Origin: Amphiscolops sp. MND2022
Taxonomy: Eukaryota
Length of the DNA: 64,000 nt
Direction: 5' to 3'
Assembly: GCA_964187785.1 (NCBI GenBank)
Contig: OZ076409.1
Coordinates: forward strand, 36,024,001 to 36,088,000
Part shown: piece after piece, positions 39,060 through 51,802 of the stretch
Layout: each line of letters opens with the position of its first letter
How positions within the stretch are numbered: position 1 is the stretch's first letter
Notes under the pieces: model-generated
The model's input: only the letters and a program-made list of their open reading frames with translations
What the model was told of the DNA's origin: nothing
The model's database searches: none
Position numbers and translations under genes: made by a program

Positions 39060-39552
39060 TTTTCGGTCGGCGCTTTTCCATTAAGGGAAAAATGCCCGAC
39101 TATAGCAGTGACTGTTTTTTTTCTTCAGACTACAATCCTCATACTGATCGGTCCACTTTTTAGAAGCAATCCTGAAACCACCTGAGGCCAAGTCCGGCCA
39201 AGGGAGACTTAGTCCAAAGGGTCCCCACTTTCATTTTTTCACTTTTTCAAGGAAACATACAAAACCGAACGTGCCTAAAGGGTCCCCTCTTTGGATTTTT
39301 TTCGGCACTGTGCGACTTTTTTCGAAAAATTTTTAATGTTCCAAAAGGGTCCCCCCTTCGAGTTTTTTCATATTTTGCAACTGAATGTATGTTAATACAT
39401 TTCAAAGGGTCCCCTTTTACATTTTTCGGCACTATGCGACTTTTTTTGAAAGAAAACATTTTTTCAAAAATTACAAGTTTTTTCCAAAAAAAAAAATTTT
39501 GCGCTTTTTGAGCTTCAGATTTGGCGCCGACTTTAGACCTTCTCTCCTTGTT
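39060..39552 (+). mobile_element. HINE-like element nested in the hAT
   Basis: TTTTCGGTCGGCGC..GCCCGACT start; ...GGCGCCGACTTTAGACCTTCTCTCCTTGTT end; AAGGGTCCCCC internal motifs. Confidence 0.6.
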
Positions 39553-39777
39553 AGACTTTATTCGACCCGACTCGACTCGGTCTTGAAGTTTTAGTACTCG
39601 CACAGCCTTAAAACAAACCATGATTATCAAGCACGTTGAAATCTTGTTTTAAATATACAACATTTGCGATGCTCTTAAGAAAAATTGTTAGTTTAATTTG
39701 AAGTGAATGAAGCAAAATTACAGTGCAGTGCAAAAGTAATGAAACACGACATCGTGCGTCTAATTATTAGTAATATA

Positions 39778-40935
39778 TAGGATCTGCAATTTTTGGCGGC
39801 GCCAATTCCCGCCAAATCGCCAATTTCAGACATATTGGCGCCAAATTTAACAATGATTTGTTTGTTTAATCTAAGTGCTATTTTGATAATTTCAGGTTAG
39901 TTTTGTGTTTAAAATGTCAAGTGAACATCGCACATCCCTTGCAACTTTACGAAGTCGAGTTTCCAACCATAATTTTCTTACAATTCTGAAATGTGATGAC
40001 GCTTCCATTCAAGTTTTATGCACCTATTGCGGAAAATCGTTTACAGCAACAAGAACGAATCATGTTGATAGCCATTTATCTGGATCAGCTCATGAGAAAG
40101 CGGTCAGACTCAAGGTAAGAAAACGAAAATTTTTCATAAAATTCTTTTTTTTTACAATCTTAGAAATAAAATGTCAAAATGATCTTAGGTTATCTATCAC
40201 GGTTTGGGGCGGATTTTTGTGGCTTGTTTTAGCGAGCACGTCAACCAACGCTGGAACTGAACCCCGTAGTATCACGTGAGCGGACTGAGGATACTTTTAC
40301 GCGCGATTTTACTTCTGCCTGGATTGGGGCGGGTTTGCCATTAAGTGCCCTGAACTATTCCGGAAAAATCGTCTTCAGCAGCTGCAAAAGCATTGGCCAA
40401 AATGAACGATGGGTGTACAATTACTCGGGTAGGGTTCATTGCAGCTGTCTCATTCTTGACTCAGAAGGTAGTAGCTTCTGAGGCTTCAGATTTTACAGCA
40501 GCAAAAGCTGGGACACAGATTTCAGAAATAACAGCATTTTTGATTGATTTATCCGAAACAGGAAACGAGGTTGCCGTTTATCTATCTACAAAGTGGCAAT
40601 ATCCAATCGAGAAAAACCAGGGACTGATAAAGACTATTGCCCTGTGTAGGGGGGAAGGTGTAGAAGAGCCCTCAGAAATTTCGATTTTTGCATTTGCACC
40701 CTGCACGTCTGTCGAAATTGAACGTTTCTTTTCGGTCGTGAAATCGTTTTTGACCGACCGAAACAATATTCTTGAAGAAACGGTGCTAAAACTATTGTTC
40801 ATTCAATACAATAAAGCAAGATTTGAATAAATTTTCTTTCCGCCAAATATTGTTTTAATTTCGCCATTTTGAGACATTTCCCGCCGAATTTGGCGGCCGA
40901 AAACGGGCAAATCCCGCCACTTTTTGCGGATCGTA
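39778..40935 (+). mobile_element. Internally deleted hAT-superfamily element with a CGGBP1-like transposase remnant
   Basis: TIR TAGGATCTGCAA / TTGCGGATCGTA; 8-bp TSD GTAATATA; N-terminal finger CTYC..HVDSHLSGSAH followed by a GTAAG donor; C-terminal KNQG..FAPCTSVEIERFFS..IQYN. Confidence 0.85.
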
Positions 40936-41479
40936 GTAATATAACTGCAGCTGATGTGTGAAAATAACTTTGCGGGTCACTTGCGCGCTTTCCTATTGGA
41001 TGACCATCAAATCACACAATTTTGCAGCCTAATTGTCTTTTATCGCCAGTTGTATTTTACTTTAACGCCGGATTAATGAAATTAGGGTGAAGCAAAAGTA
41101 TTGAAGCACCCACAAAATCTGCATTCTGTCAATTTCCTAACGCTGGTTACTAGTTTTTGTTTTAATTTAATTAGCTTACTAGTTTCAATTTTATTCTCGT
41201 TATTTTCCCTCCCCTCCAATTGCAATGCCATACACCTCAATTGAGATCCGTAATATCGCAGTGACGATGAAGAAAGAAGGACGGGATACGAAGGATTTCC
41301 CGTCTTTTGGGGAAAAGTGCTGCATTGTAGACGTCATAGTTCTATGGGAACATGGATGGCTGAAATTAATTCTATTGACAAATATGACATGACATTGAGG
41401 GATACAAAGCTATCGAATCTACCCTCGCATAGTCTGTAAAAGATGCCTAGGTGGAACAACATTTAACGTGGAAGATGAG

Positions 41480-43570
41480 TTGATAGTTTAATTCACTCCA
41501 ATTCACCTTTAAAAAAGGTTAGCCTAATATTGACGAAAACACTGTGAAAAACTTCTGTGCTCTTTACAGACAGGAAACAGTTCGATTGTGTAAATTGTTT
41601 TTTTTTAAATCTTTTCGAATACTTTCTCGAATTTTCAAATCATTAAAGTGCGAAATTATTTTATTCGAAGACTTCAACAAGGACACAATGGTTGATGGTT
41701 GGATACTCTGATAGCAAACGATTTAGAGAAACGCGAGGCGATTTGAAAGAACAGGAAAGCCAAAAGTTTTCTTTTCCATGATTCATGAGAATTGGTTGAA
41801 TACGAAACAAACGACAAAAGATTGAATTTCTTCAAAATTGATAATGAAATGCGTTGGCAAACAACTCCAGAACAGAATTTTCATCATTTGCCGAATATTG
41901 ATTCAGTTTCATCAGTTTCATTACTAATCGTGATCTCCTTTTCGAAGAATGGGTCAAGAATCTCACTAAAAAGTGAGCTGTTCATAAAATTACTAAAAAT
42001 ATGGTTCCTGGAATGATCTAGAAGGAAAAGAAAGTAGCTAAAAATCATCTAAAAAAATCATATAGCTCCAATAAATCAGTGTAACATTAAATAGCAGAAA
42101 AAGCAAAGTTTTTCAACAGAGCCTGATGCTATCAATGAATACTTCGCTAAAATATGATTTTCAGTAGCTTCTAATACTTTTCAAAAACTGAAAAAAATGG
42201 AAAAACATTACAAGCATCATACACTGATGCCTTTGGACTGAGAAGAATGTTGAAAAAGTTTTAAAAATAAGAAGAGCAGTGGCCATACTGGCATGTCAAT
42301 AACTTTTGATGTATTGCTTTTCAGTGGGAGTGCCTGGCCTGTATCTTGTTTTGTATGTCGTAAAGGGGAAAAGGTACTGAATTTTCTTTCTATTCTCGAT
42401 CAAAGAATGGAAAAATTACCCAACATATTAATGCAAACGATTTCATGAACGCATTGGTAGAAACAAATATGGAATTGGTCGATAAATTTGCACCCGAAAA
42501 ACGTTTTGAGAATATTAAAAAACATGTCATGGAGACTTGGATAACTAACGAAATCAAAAATGCAATTTTAAAAAGGAAAAATTTGTTCTAAAATTAATTC
42601 AGAATCCTACAGAAACGAATCGCGAAAAAAACAAACTTTCACGTAATAACGTTACCAATATGATCAGAAAAGAAAAGAGAAACGAAAATTTCCAAAAACT
42701 GGGAAGAAATCCAAAATCCAAACAAAACTACAAAACGTTGAAAACGAAGAAAAATCAGGCCGAAAACACAAATATTTTTCCATGACGTTGAAATTTCAAA
42801 TAACTATTTTCTTTCTGTCGGATCACTTCCGTCCAAAAAAAATCAGGAAACATATTCAACTTCCCTATTGAAATGCAACCAAAGATTATGTTCTTTTGCG
42901 AAACCAATGAACCAGAGATTTCCAAGATCTTATGCAAAATGAAAAACAATAAAAGAGCTGGTCATGATGGAATCTCAAACGAAAACTTGAAATGTTGTTC
43001 TCCCATCATTGAAAACTATCTTGAAGTCGAGAACAATGCATAACAGAAAAAATATTCCCCGAATGATTGAAAGTAACAAAGATCTTTCGTTTGTACGAGA
43101 GCAAGTACTTGTTTACATCCGAGTGTTTACAAGCTATTTACGAACGAAGTGGTTTCTGAAGTTTTTAAAGAAGTGAGATCTGATTCACCATTCAAACTAC
43201 TGGATTTTGAGAAACTTCCCAAGTCCAAAACGACAACAAGGTAGAACTCAGAAGGCGTTTTCGCTACAATTGTGTCTCGAACTGTAGTCAAGCAAAAGCG
43301 CTCAGCAAAGTTTTTAATAAAAGCTTATAACTGGTTGACTGAAGTGAACCTCATACCACCTAACTTGATAAATTTGAGCCAGCAGCAACAAAAAATCTAT
43401 AAGTTTCTTGACGACCTATACATCACTGACAATAAAAAATTTTTAGTCTGTATTTTTATGCCTGAAACATTTAATACAGCAAGATGGCATGCAAGTTGGT
43501 GCATCTAATCAATGCAAAAAAGGCACTAGCTCAAAGAGCAATTATGCTCGTCTGATGTCCTAAGTGGATA
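41480..43570 (+). mobile_element. Non-LTR (CR1/L2-like) LINE remnants; probably two partial ORF2 pieces plus a 3' end
   Basis: Manual translation: IILFEDFNKD (endonuclease), LVDKFAPEK..WITNEIKNAILKRKNLF, CKMKNNKRAGHDGISNENLKCCSPII (pre-RT). RT core deleted. Confidence 0.75.
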
Positions 43571-44142
43571 ATTTGTAAAATTGATATTTATTTGTATTTT
43601 TTGTCTCACGCTATCCGGTTAGATTAACTTTTTCTAAGCAGCACTCAAAGTTTATACAGCACACCAAATGCATGCAGCACCCAACAATTTTGGCTCTAGG
43701 TAGCACAAAAAACGCAATTTATTGCGATGTTGGTTTTTTTGTTCGAAGAATGAAGTTTTTCCAAAAATGACCAGTACTCATGCTATTATGAGAAATAACG
43801 AAATTTACATGTATGCGTGAGCAATTCTACAAACGAAATGACAGGCGAAGCTTGCTTTGTAGACCTAAAAAGGACACTGACACCTTAAGTCAAGCGTTTT
43901 TACCGGCAAAAACAATGAACATTGCGGTTCCAGAGGCAAAATTACCAAAATATTGAAAAATGTTTTGCAGACCGTACACAAAATACTATCATTAATTGTA
44001 AGATAACAGAAAAGAATCCCTTGAAACCATGAGTGCCAAAAGGATCTGTCTTTGGACCTTTTTGAGATTATACCGAATGTTGCGTAAAACAGGTGTGATA
44101 TGATACGTCCTTCTGCCTGGATTGAATTGAACAGTTATTGCC

Positions 44143-44714
44143 AACAAGCCGGGAGCGGCCAAAGTCGGCGCTATATCTAAGGCTCAAAATTGTAAAAGGT
44201 GGGGACCTTTTGGGCTTTGTGAAACTCCAGTTGGTTGCAAAATATCAAAAAAATAAAAGGACATTTGGAGATTTTTAAAAAAAACCGAAAAAAAATTACA
44301 ATGAGACTTTTGAACAGTGTCACAGTGCTGAAAAATGTAAAAGGGGGACCCTTTGTGTTTTTGGTCATCCATTGTGTTGCAAAATATCGAAACAAACGAC
44401 TTTTGGATGTCTTTTGGATTTCTACTAAAGAGGATTCCTTTGGTGGAATCCAAAGACTTCAAAAAAAGTCGCATCGTGCCGAAAAAAATCCGAGTTAAAA
44501 ACAACAAGGTGGGGATCCTATGTTTTCGAGGTTCTGGACGTCGATGTTTTTGTTTCGGACGAGGTTCTGGCGTTTCCAGTATGTTTTGGACGTCCGTAGT
44601 TCAAGTTGATGATGTTGAACAAATGAACAAAAACATGGACCGATCGCGTTGAACTGACGAAAAAAACTAGCCACTGTAAGAGCCTTGCATTTTCTTCGAA
44701 AACGCAGACTAAAA
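44143..44714 (-). mobile_element. HINE-like element
   Basis: AACAAGCCGGGAGCGGCCAAAGTCGGCGCTATATCTAAGGCTC at one end, ...AAACGCAGACTAAAA at the other; interior similar to 62574-63017. Confidence 0.65.
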
Positions 44715-45394
44715 GAAACGCTAAGCCTAATGGGCACTTGCATGGTCCAAACCATGAAACAAAACGAATGAAAATGTTTGAACTATTTTTATACAAATTT
44801 CGATTTCTTATATTTTGTTTATAGTTTTATCCAAAAATTTTAACTTTTCTGTTCTGTTCCATCCAGAGTAGGAACCAAGCACGTGATTAAATGTTGCCGG
44901 GCCGAGCCGGGCGAGCTTATAGCCGGGCTTTTTTGAGCTTAAGTTTTTTCTGGTCGGGTATAGTAATTCGGAAAATAAATCGAAAATTCATATATTAAAC
45001 TGGACTATATAATTCCTGCAAATTTCTTTTATTTGCTCGCTGTAGATTTAGACGCACGGTAATTACATATACAAACTCTCACAAAACTGTCTGATGTTGA
45101 ATTTTTAAATCCTGTCGTAAAAAATGGGGTTTTTGAATTCTCATGATGCTTATACTTGATTATCTTTTAGAATTTACTTTCGGGTATCAAATTTGTTTTC
45201 GGTCAGTTTCGTCAGGTCGGATCCAAATCTGGTTCCATCATTTCGTTTTGAATGATGCGTGACATTTTCGCTCAAATAATTTCTTGTTTTACAGTGGCGC
45301 ATTTTAGAAGAAAATTTGTCCGCATTTAGAGTTTCGAGTTTGACGAAATAGTGGAACGTATTCGAATGATCCACGTTTTTGCAGACTTTTTTCA

Positions 45395-45465
45395 CGCAAT
45401 TTGGTCTTGTGGATGAGGTGTCTACTTCGCCAGCAAGAAGTCGTGGGTTCAAATCGCACACAAGT
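45395..45465 (+). other. tRNA-derived (SINE-head-like) sequence
   Basis: A-box-like TGGTCTTGTGG and B-box-like GGTTCAAATC at tRNA spacing; no convincing cloverleaf. Confidence 0.4.
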
Positions 45466-46239
45466 TTTTTTTTCAAAGTTGTAACACTAGATGAGACAGA
45501 AAAGTCCTATTTTTGGGTTTTGTTAGAATATTTCGTTTTTTTTTCCGGGGAAAAATTGTGCCATCATTTTTAGGTTTTATTCTTTTGAGTTGGACAACGG
45601 CGTTTTTCGAGCTTGAAGCCACCCTAAGAATATTTGAAATACTTGGAGCCTTGTGAGTTTCAAGCAATTCGCTGATGTTCGGTTTCGCCATTTTAATTTT
45701 TGAAAAAAAAACATCAAGTTGCTCATTAAGTGTTACAACGAAAAACTGAAAATATACTAGGAAGCAGCAACTTGAACGAGTGCACAGTTCATTCATTCTC
45801 CCGAAGAGTCGAACATGCTTTTCGAAAATCTCAGCACATAAAATAGGCAAATGTTTCTAAAGAAAGTTTCGGCAAAATACTTCCTAATTTCAAGATTTCG
45901 CACCATGCAATACTACAAAGTGCTTTTTAGCTAACAAATATGATTCATGTCTGTAAAGCATAAGCAAATGCAATCAATTCTTCTCAATGAGACTGCCAAT
46001 GTTCATTGGAGAACTGGAGAAACTTGTCGCCATTTAAGAGGCCGAAAATGAAAGAGTCTAATTAAATTTAATAACTCCTTTTATTACTCAATTTGTATGC
46101 CCCAAAATTACTTTTGGTGTCATTAAATTTTATGGAAGGAGCTCTAACGTTTGAATATAAAATTAAACTACGGCAAGACTTAGAAAAACGGTAACGTCCT
46201 TTTTTGAACTTCTGCCTCCTCCGTAGTAAAACGTAACAT

Positions 46240-46754
46240 AGTTCGGATATATCGTCAAAAGTTCGGATATAGCACTTTACTCTATGTTACGTCAAAAATT
46301 CGGATACTATTGAAAAAGAATTATTGGTGGATATCTATTGAGATAACTAAATTTCAGACAAAAAAATGAGAATTTTGAACAGTCTCACAGTGCCGAAAAA
46401 TCTAGATGGGGACCCTTTGGATTTTTTTAACATCCATTCTGTTGCAAAATGTCAACAAAAATTAAAGGGGCACCCTTTGAAAACATTTTAAAATTTTCCG
46501 GAAAAAATCTCACAAGGCCAAAAAAGGGGAAAGTCTCAGAGTTCCGAAAAAAATTGACAGGGGGACCCTTCTGCTCTGGAATGGTTTTGTATTTTTTGTT
46601 ACAGGCTTTGGATGCGTTCAAAATCAATAACTAGGTACTTGTGGTAAAATTGCGCAAAGTGCACAAAAAGTGAACCATTCAGAGTGAGGCCGACAAAAAA
46701 ACTAGTCACTATAACAGTCGCGCTTTTTTCCTTAAAGGGAAATGCGCTGACTAA
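46240..46754 (-). mobile_element. HINE-like element, variant interior
   Basis: End GTCACTATAACAGTCGCGC..GCGCTGACTAA; internal CACAGTGCCGAAAA and GGGGACCCTT motifs shared with the family; left boundary uncertain. Confidence 0.5.
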
Positions 46755-48415
46755 GAACAGGTCTGAGTGTTGTAATTACTTTTTCAATTACTCAAGTTTT
46801 TTACTTGAGTTTTTCAATTACTCAATGCCTTAGTTTTTAGTCACTTACATTATTATTCTGCTATTTTATTGACTGGTTTAAGTGAAAATTTGATTACAAC
46901 TCTCGAAAAACAGTCGAATTGGGGAATTAAAGACTGTTTCAATAGATCTAAATTTGACCATTGACCAGATCTCAAAATTCGACATGAAAATCATCCTGTT
47001 CGATATTTTTTAGATTACAAATGCCTTTCATACCTATGGAAACATAAGAATAGCCTAATTCCAGCTTTTAAATGGAAACTACACTTGCCGACTGCTAAAA
47101 CAAAGATAAATGAAAGAACACAAATTGAAGACTCAGACATGACAATAAGGTCTGAATTTCTACGCAAATGTTTCTTCACTTTACTGAGAAAAATGATAAA
47201 AGAGAAAATTTCATACGAAAACATGAAAAAAAGAATCAAATTTAACTTTTCGAAAAACTTTTCAAACCCACGTTTTAGTTTTTCTGTTACGGAAAAACGT
47301 TTCGTGAGTCTTACTGGTGACCTCTTTGGTTACTTCTTGGTTCTGGTGAGAGATTTCTCAATAGCTGTGGAAAAGAATAACATTTTTTCAATTTTTAAAG
47401 AGCTTGAAGGACCACCTTTAGGGTTTTTCGGCATTTTCAGACAAAGTGCAAATTGAGGAGAAGAATTTGTTTTCTGAAAATATCAGTGTGCCCAAAAACC
47501 CAAAAAGAAACCCTTCATGTTTACAAAACCTTTCCAGGCAGAACACCTTTTGAAAAATATAAGAGGGTACGCTTTGACAAAATCAGAATATCGAAAAGAG
47601 GCTCCTCCGGGCATACTATTATTTCTGTTTTAATCTTTCATTAATAATAGAATCATATCTGGAATAACAATACACTCCTGTTTATTCATTATTTAGCGCA
47701 CAATTAACCACTGTACCAGTTTATACCACCTATAAATCTCGGCAAGTACAACTACTAAGCGTAGACGAAGTTTCGCATTCGCATTTGAATGCAGGCGAAG
47801 CTCTAGGCGAACGAATAATTAACACTCATTCGCTTCATCTCAATAACTCGGCGTACGAAAGCATTATTACGAACATTCGCTCTTTTCACCTCAATGACGT
47901 CAGCGTATGAAGGCATAATTACCACGCGCTCGTTCCATCGCATGAGAATTGAATTGTCGTCGGCAGCTTGAGAAATTTAATTCTCAAGCTTATAGTCACT
48001 GCTGAACAAATCTGAATTATTTCAGTATCACGACAAGAATTTTACTGAAAAAATATTGATATCTTGAGATTTCATTAATATTCCTACTATCGCAGAAAAA
48101 ATAGAATCTCACAGTGCCAAAAAAAAACGTTTTGTGTTAAAGAAAAAACTGTTGTCGAGTTTTGTGGGATGGGTATCCAACCAGGTCAATTTTTGGCACC
48201 GACTGAAGGAAACTTTCAATATAGTGCCCCTTTGCATAGTTAAAACAGTTTACTCTGTTCGAATCTTAGGCGGTGCATGGCTAGTTGATTTTTTCGAATC
48301 AGATTAATTCATCAATTCACGCCTGAAAAACTCAAATTGTCACAAGGCACAATTAATTTCTCTGTTAAATCTAATGTGCAACTTTCAATTGGCAATCAAT
48401 GTAGAAAACGGAAAA

Positions 48416-51400
48416 GGTCGACATCTATGTTAAGTGGATCTCAATTTCAGCGCAAACCTAATATTGTCCAGTATACCCATCATTGACTAATCACATTCAA
48501 AACTTTTGAGCTACCTAAAGTGTACATGAAAAAACAATCACTAATCCGTAATCTTGAATCTATACCCAATTTTAGTACATGTACCGAAATTATTTCAGTG
48601 GAGATTGTCGATTTTTTTCTCACGAGTAAATATTAAGGGCCTCAAAGTTTGACAGTGAAATCAGTGGACATCAATGAACAGAAAGACAAATAAAAACTTA
48701 CCAAACTTGTTTTTAATTTAAGCAAAAATCAAAAACTAGGTTCGCAAACAAAACAATATATAGATAGGTATTAAAAGCTAACTTCCGCAATATTTATCAT
48801 GGAAATTTCAAACAAACACGAATGTAAACTAGAATAATTTCAAATTCAAAGAAACTTCAATCAACGGAATTTTTATTTATTATCAATAGTTCAAGAGGGC
48901 GGAAAAGGGTTTGGGCAGAAGAATGGAACGTTCCAATCATTAATATCAATTAGGGGGTTCATTCTTTATTCACAGGACTTTACAGCAGCGTATTCAAATT
49001 TAACTGAAATTTGAGTTTTTTCAATATTTGAGGCTCAAGTTCAGCGTTTTTGGAATTAAAGGATATCCAAAAAACAATCTCCCGAATTTATCGATTTGTC
49101 GTGATTGAGAATTTGTTTGAAATCAGAAAAAATGTACTCTATATTGTGTCTATGAACAATGCAACACATGTATTAAGATAGGTCATAACAATTGTCTTTA
49201 GAAATCTGATGATTTTGATTTGAAATCGAAAAATTATTTCAATCAAATTATATCGGCATCCTCAGGAGATTTTGCAGCAAATAATTGACCAAAACATTTT
49301 CCTAGCTGACAACTTTTCATTTTCTTGGCAGTTTTCAAAATATTTGGATTTGAAATTCTCAATTTTACACAATGGAGTTGCTCTGTTTTAGAACGCTGTA
49401 GAGGTGTACATGTCAAGGTGTAGAAGCCAAATTTCAACCTGATGAGTTTGCTCAGTAGATGACAAGAAGCTAGCAAATATTTCGATGGTAAAATTTTGTG
49501 AAGCATTTTTGTGAAAGTTTGTGGGGAGTTTGAGTCGAATTGGTTTTAACTCTGACATCCTAATACATGAGCAGTACCATCCTTTTATGCGACATGGAAG
49601 TTATTTTAAATCACAGTACTGTATACGTATATAGAGATACAAAACTTCCTTGCAATCACTTCTTAAGATAAAAAGATGTTTGAAGGTTTTCGGTGTTTTC
49701 TCTCTACAGAGACTATCTGAATGCAACTCTGAAAGGTCTCAGTCCACCGGTTTCAATAAAATTGAGTGTTTTCCGAGGTAATCAGTAAGTGAAATAACCC
49801 CAACCAATTCTTTAATGGACAAAACTCAAATGGATAATACTCGAAAATTTTTTGTCAGATGGAAAAAAGGTTTCAAAGGTAAAAGGAGTCAAAGCACTAA
49901 GCACAAAAGCATAGCAAATATCTCAGACACACAAGAGTTCAACTCAGAGTCCCTTAAGCTGAACTTTCAATGACTTTGAAAGCAATGGACGTCCGATCTC
50001 CAAGAAAAGAACTGTCACGCTTTCGGCACACTTTGTTTCATCTCAATTGCAAAATTTATGTTTGTGTGCATTTTTTTCAACGGATGCTTTTAAAGTGCAC
50101 TTCTAAAAAATTGAGTGATGGATTTATGAAAACCCATTGAACACGTGCTCGTCAAATGCCTCATGGGCTCTGTGGATTGTAAGATTAGGCGTTCTCTGAG
50201 GTACAGGATAAGCTGTGCAGTTTGTGATTCGCACATATAAGATGGTGATCAAAGACAAAGCGATTTATTACTGTCCTTAGTGCGTTGCTCGCAGATTTTC
50301 CATATCGCAAAGTTTGAAAAGCTACTCCAAAAACAAAGCACTTATAAAGGGTAGAGTTCATTATTTTTTAACAATGTCCGAGGAGCAGCACCCTCAACAA
50401 ATTTTGGGACATATCAGGCTTTAAAAAACGTTTTGTGCGCACTTTAATTTGACAAAAAAAGAGCAGCAACAACCAGCTGAACTCCGTAGTAGCAATGATT
50501 TAATTTTCTGAATTATCTTAGCCCGTTGAGCCTCAATAGAACAAATTACCATTGGAGCCTAACGTCTTGGAAAAAAAGATTAAAAAAGTCGCTCAAAATT
50601 CATCAGTGTTCAAACATGGTTCAAAAGTCCAGTCTAATAATTTTGAAACAATTGTGAACAAGAGGCACTACAATACTTTTTGTATATTACTTATTGTGCC
50701 TTCGTCGGGAAGAAAATCAAACACCCCAGTCTCTCAAATTTGACAGAGAAAAAGTATCGAACAATTTCAGACTAAAATCTTTTTAAATCTGAAAACTAAT
50801 TCATGCATGTATGCATTTAGAGTTCCACAGTGGCATTTTGTAAAGAAGATTTCTTGTCTTCGTCATGGAAATTTCTAGTATGTAATTCTGAGATAACCTT
50901 GTTAATTGTGTGATAGCCCATTTTTATCGTTGTATAAAGTTATTCAAAAGGTGTTAGAAAATGTTGCTCAACTTGGAAACATACAAAAATCGACACTTGT
51001 CAGATCGTGCTACCTTTTTTCTGGGAACACAAAAAATCATACGAATTTGGATTTAACGTCCAGAAGTCGGAGTCAGCGCGTTTTTATTCGCTATATACGA
51101 TATATCAGGACGTGGCATTAAAATTGTTTATTGATCATCATTAGAGTCATCAATCTTATTGATATTCGAATTATTATCCATATCGTTTCTAGGAATTCTC
51201 AATTTAAAAAAAGCAAACTTCAAAAAAAGCTGGAATTCGAACTTCGCTTTTCCTTGGAAGCTGATTCGGACATAACGTCAACAATTAGGACAAACTGCAT
51301 TTCTTGTTAAAAACCGTAATTTCAAGCAGCTGTTTTTCAGTTCCATTCAAAAAGATACAAAAGTTTCAAATACCAGAGATATAGGAAACGACGCTGTTAA

Positions 51401-51802
51401 GATGCCAACTTCCATCCAAGGAGGGTCTAATTGGTGAAAAATCCAAGAAAAAGATTAAAAGGCTTTTTTCCTTGAGGGAAAAGGCGCCCACTAAAAAAAA
51501 CGACGTGCAATGCTATTTCTTTATTGAAAACATAAATAAAGCGAGAGTGGACACTTTGATAAAACATTGTTTTTCGAAAAAAGGCTGAGTAACCAAAAAA
51601 ACCTAAAATATTGCACCTTGTGGCCTCGTGTACCTTTGCAAAACCTCTCCTTCGAGGCAAGAATTATTTAAACCATTTTTGAAACAATAACCGCGCTAAA
51701 ACTGTAATTTTCAGAAAATCAAAAAATAATGAAGCATCAAAAACATTTGTTTTTTTTTCACACAGATAGATCCAGGATATCGTTGATAAACATACGTCTT
51801 CC
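48416..51802. repeat. Copy A of an unclassified ~3.4-kb interspersed element
   Basis: High-identity direct repeat of 54799-58364 with the same left end GGTCGACATCTATGTT and nearly the same right end. Confidence 0.9.

Larger units (their letters stand above)
36890..39610 (+). mobile_element. hAT DNA transposon, internally deleted, with nested insertions
   Basis: 16-bp TIR TAAGGCTGTGCGAGTA / TACTCGCACAGCCTTA; 8-bp TSD AAACAAAC; ACTCG subterminal repeats; BED finger (ICKQ..NHLKKEHP) and hAT dimerisation motif (PLTWW..FPNL..ATVVPSER). Confidence 0.93.

Noticed and set aside
45395..45465. Functional tRNA gene
   Set aside because: A/B-box-like motifs are present, but acceptor and anticodon stems do not pair convincingly.
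47800..47945. Short degenerate ~50-bp repeats, superficially array-like
   Set aside because: Only 2-3 diverged units, no constant repeat with unique spacers, and a eukaryotic context; not CRISPR.
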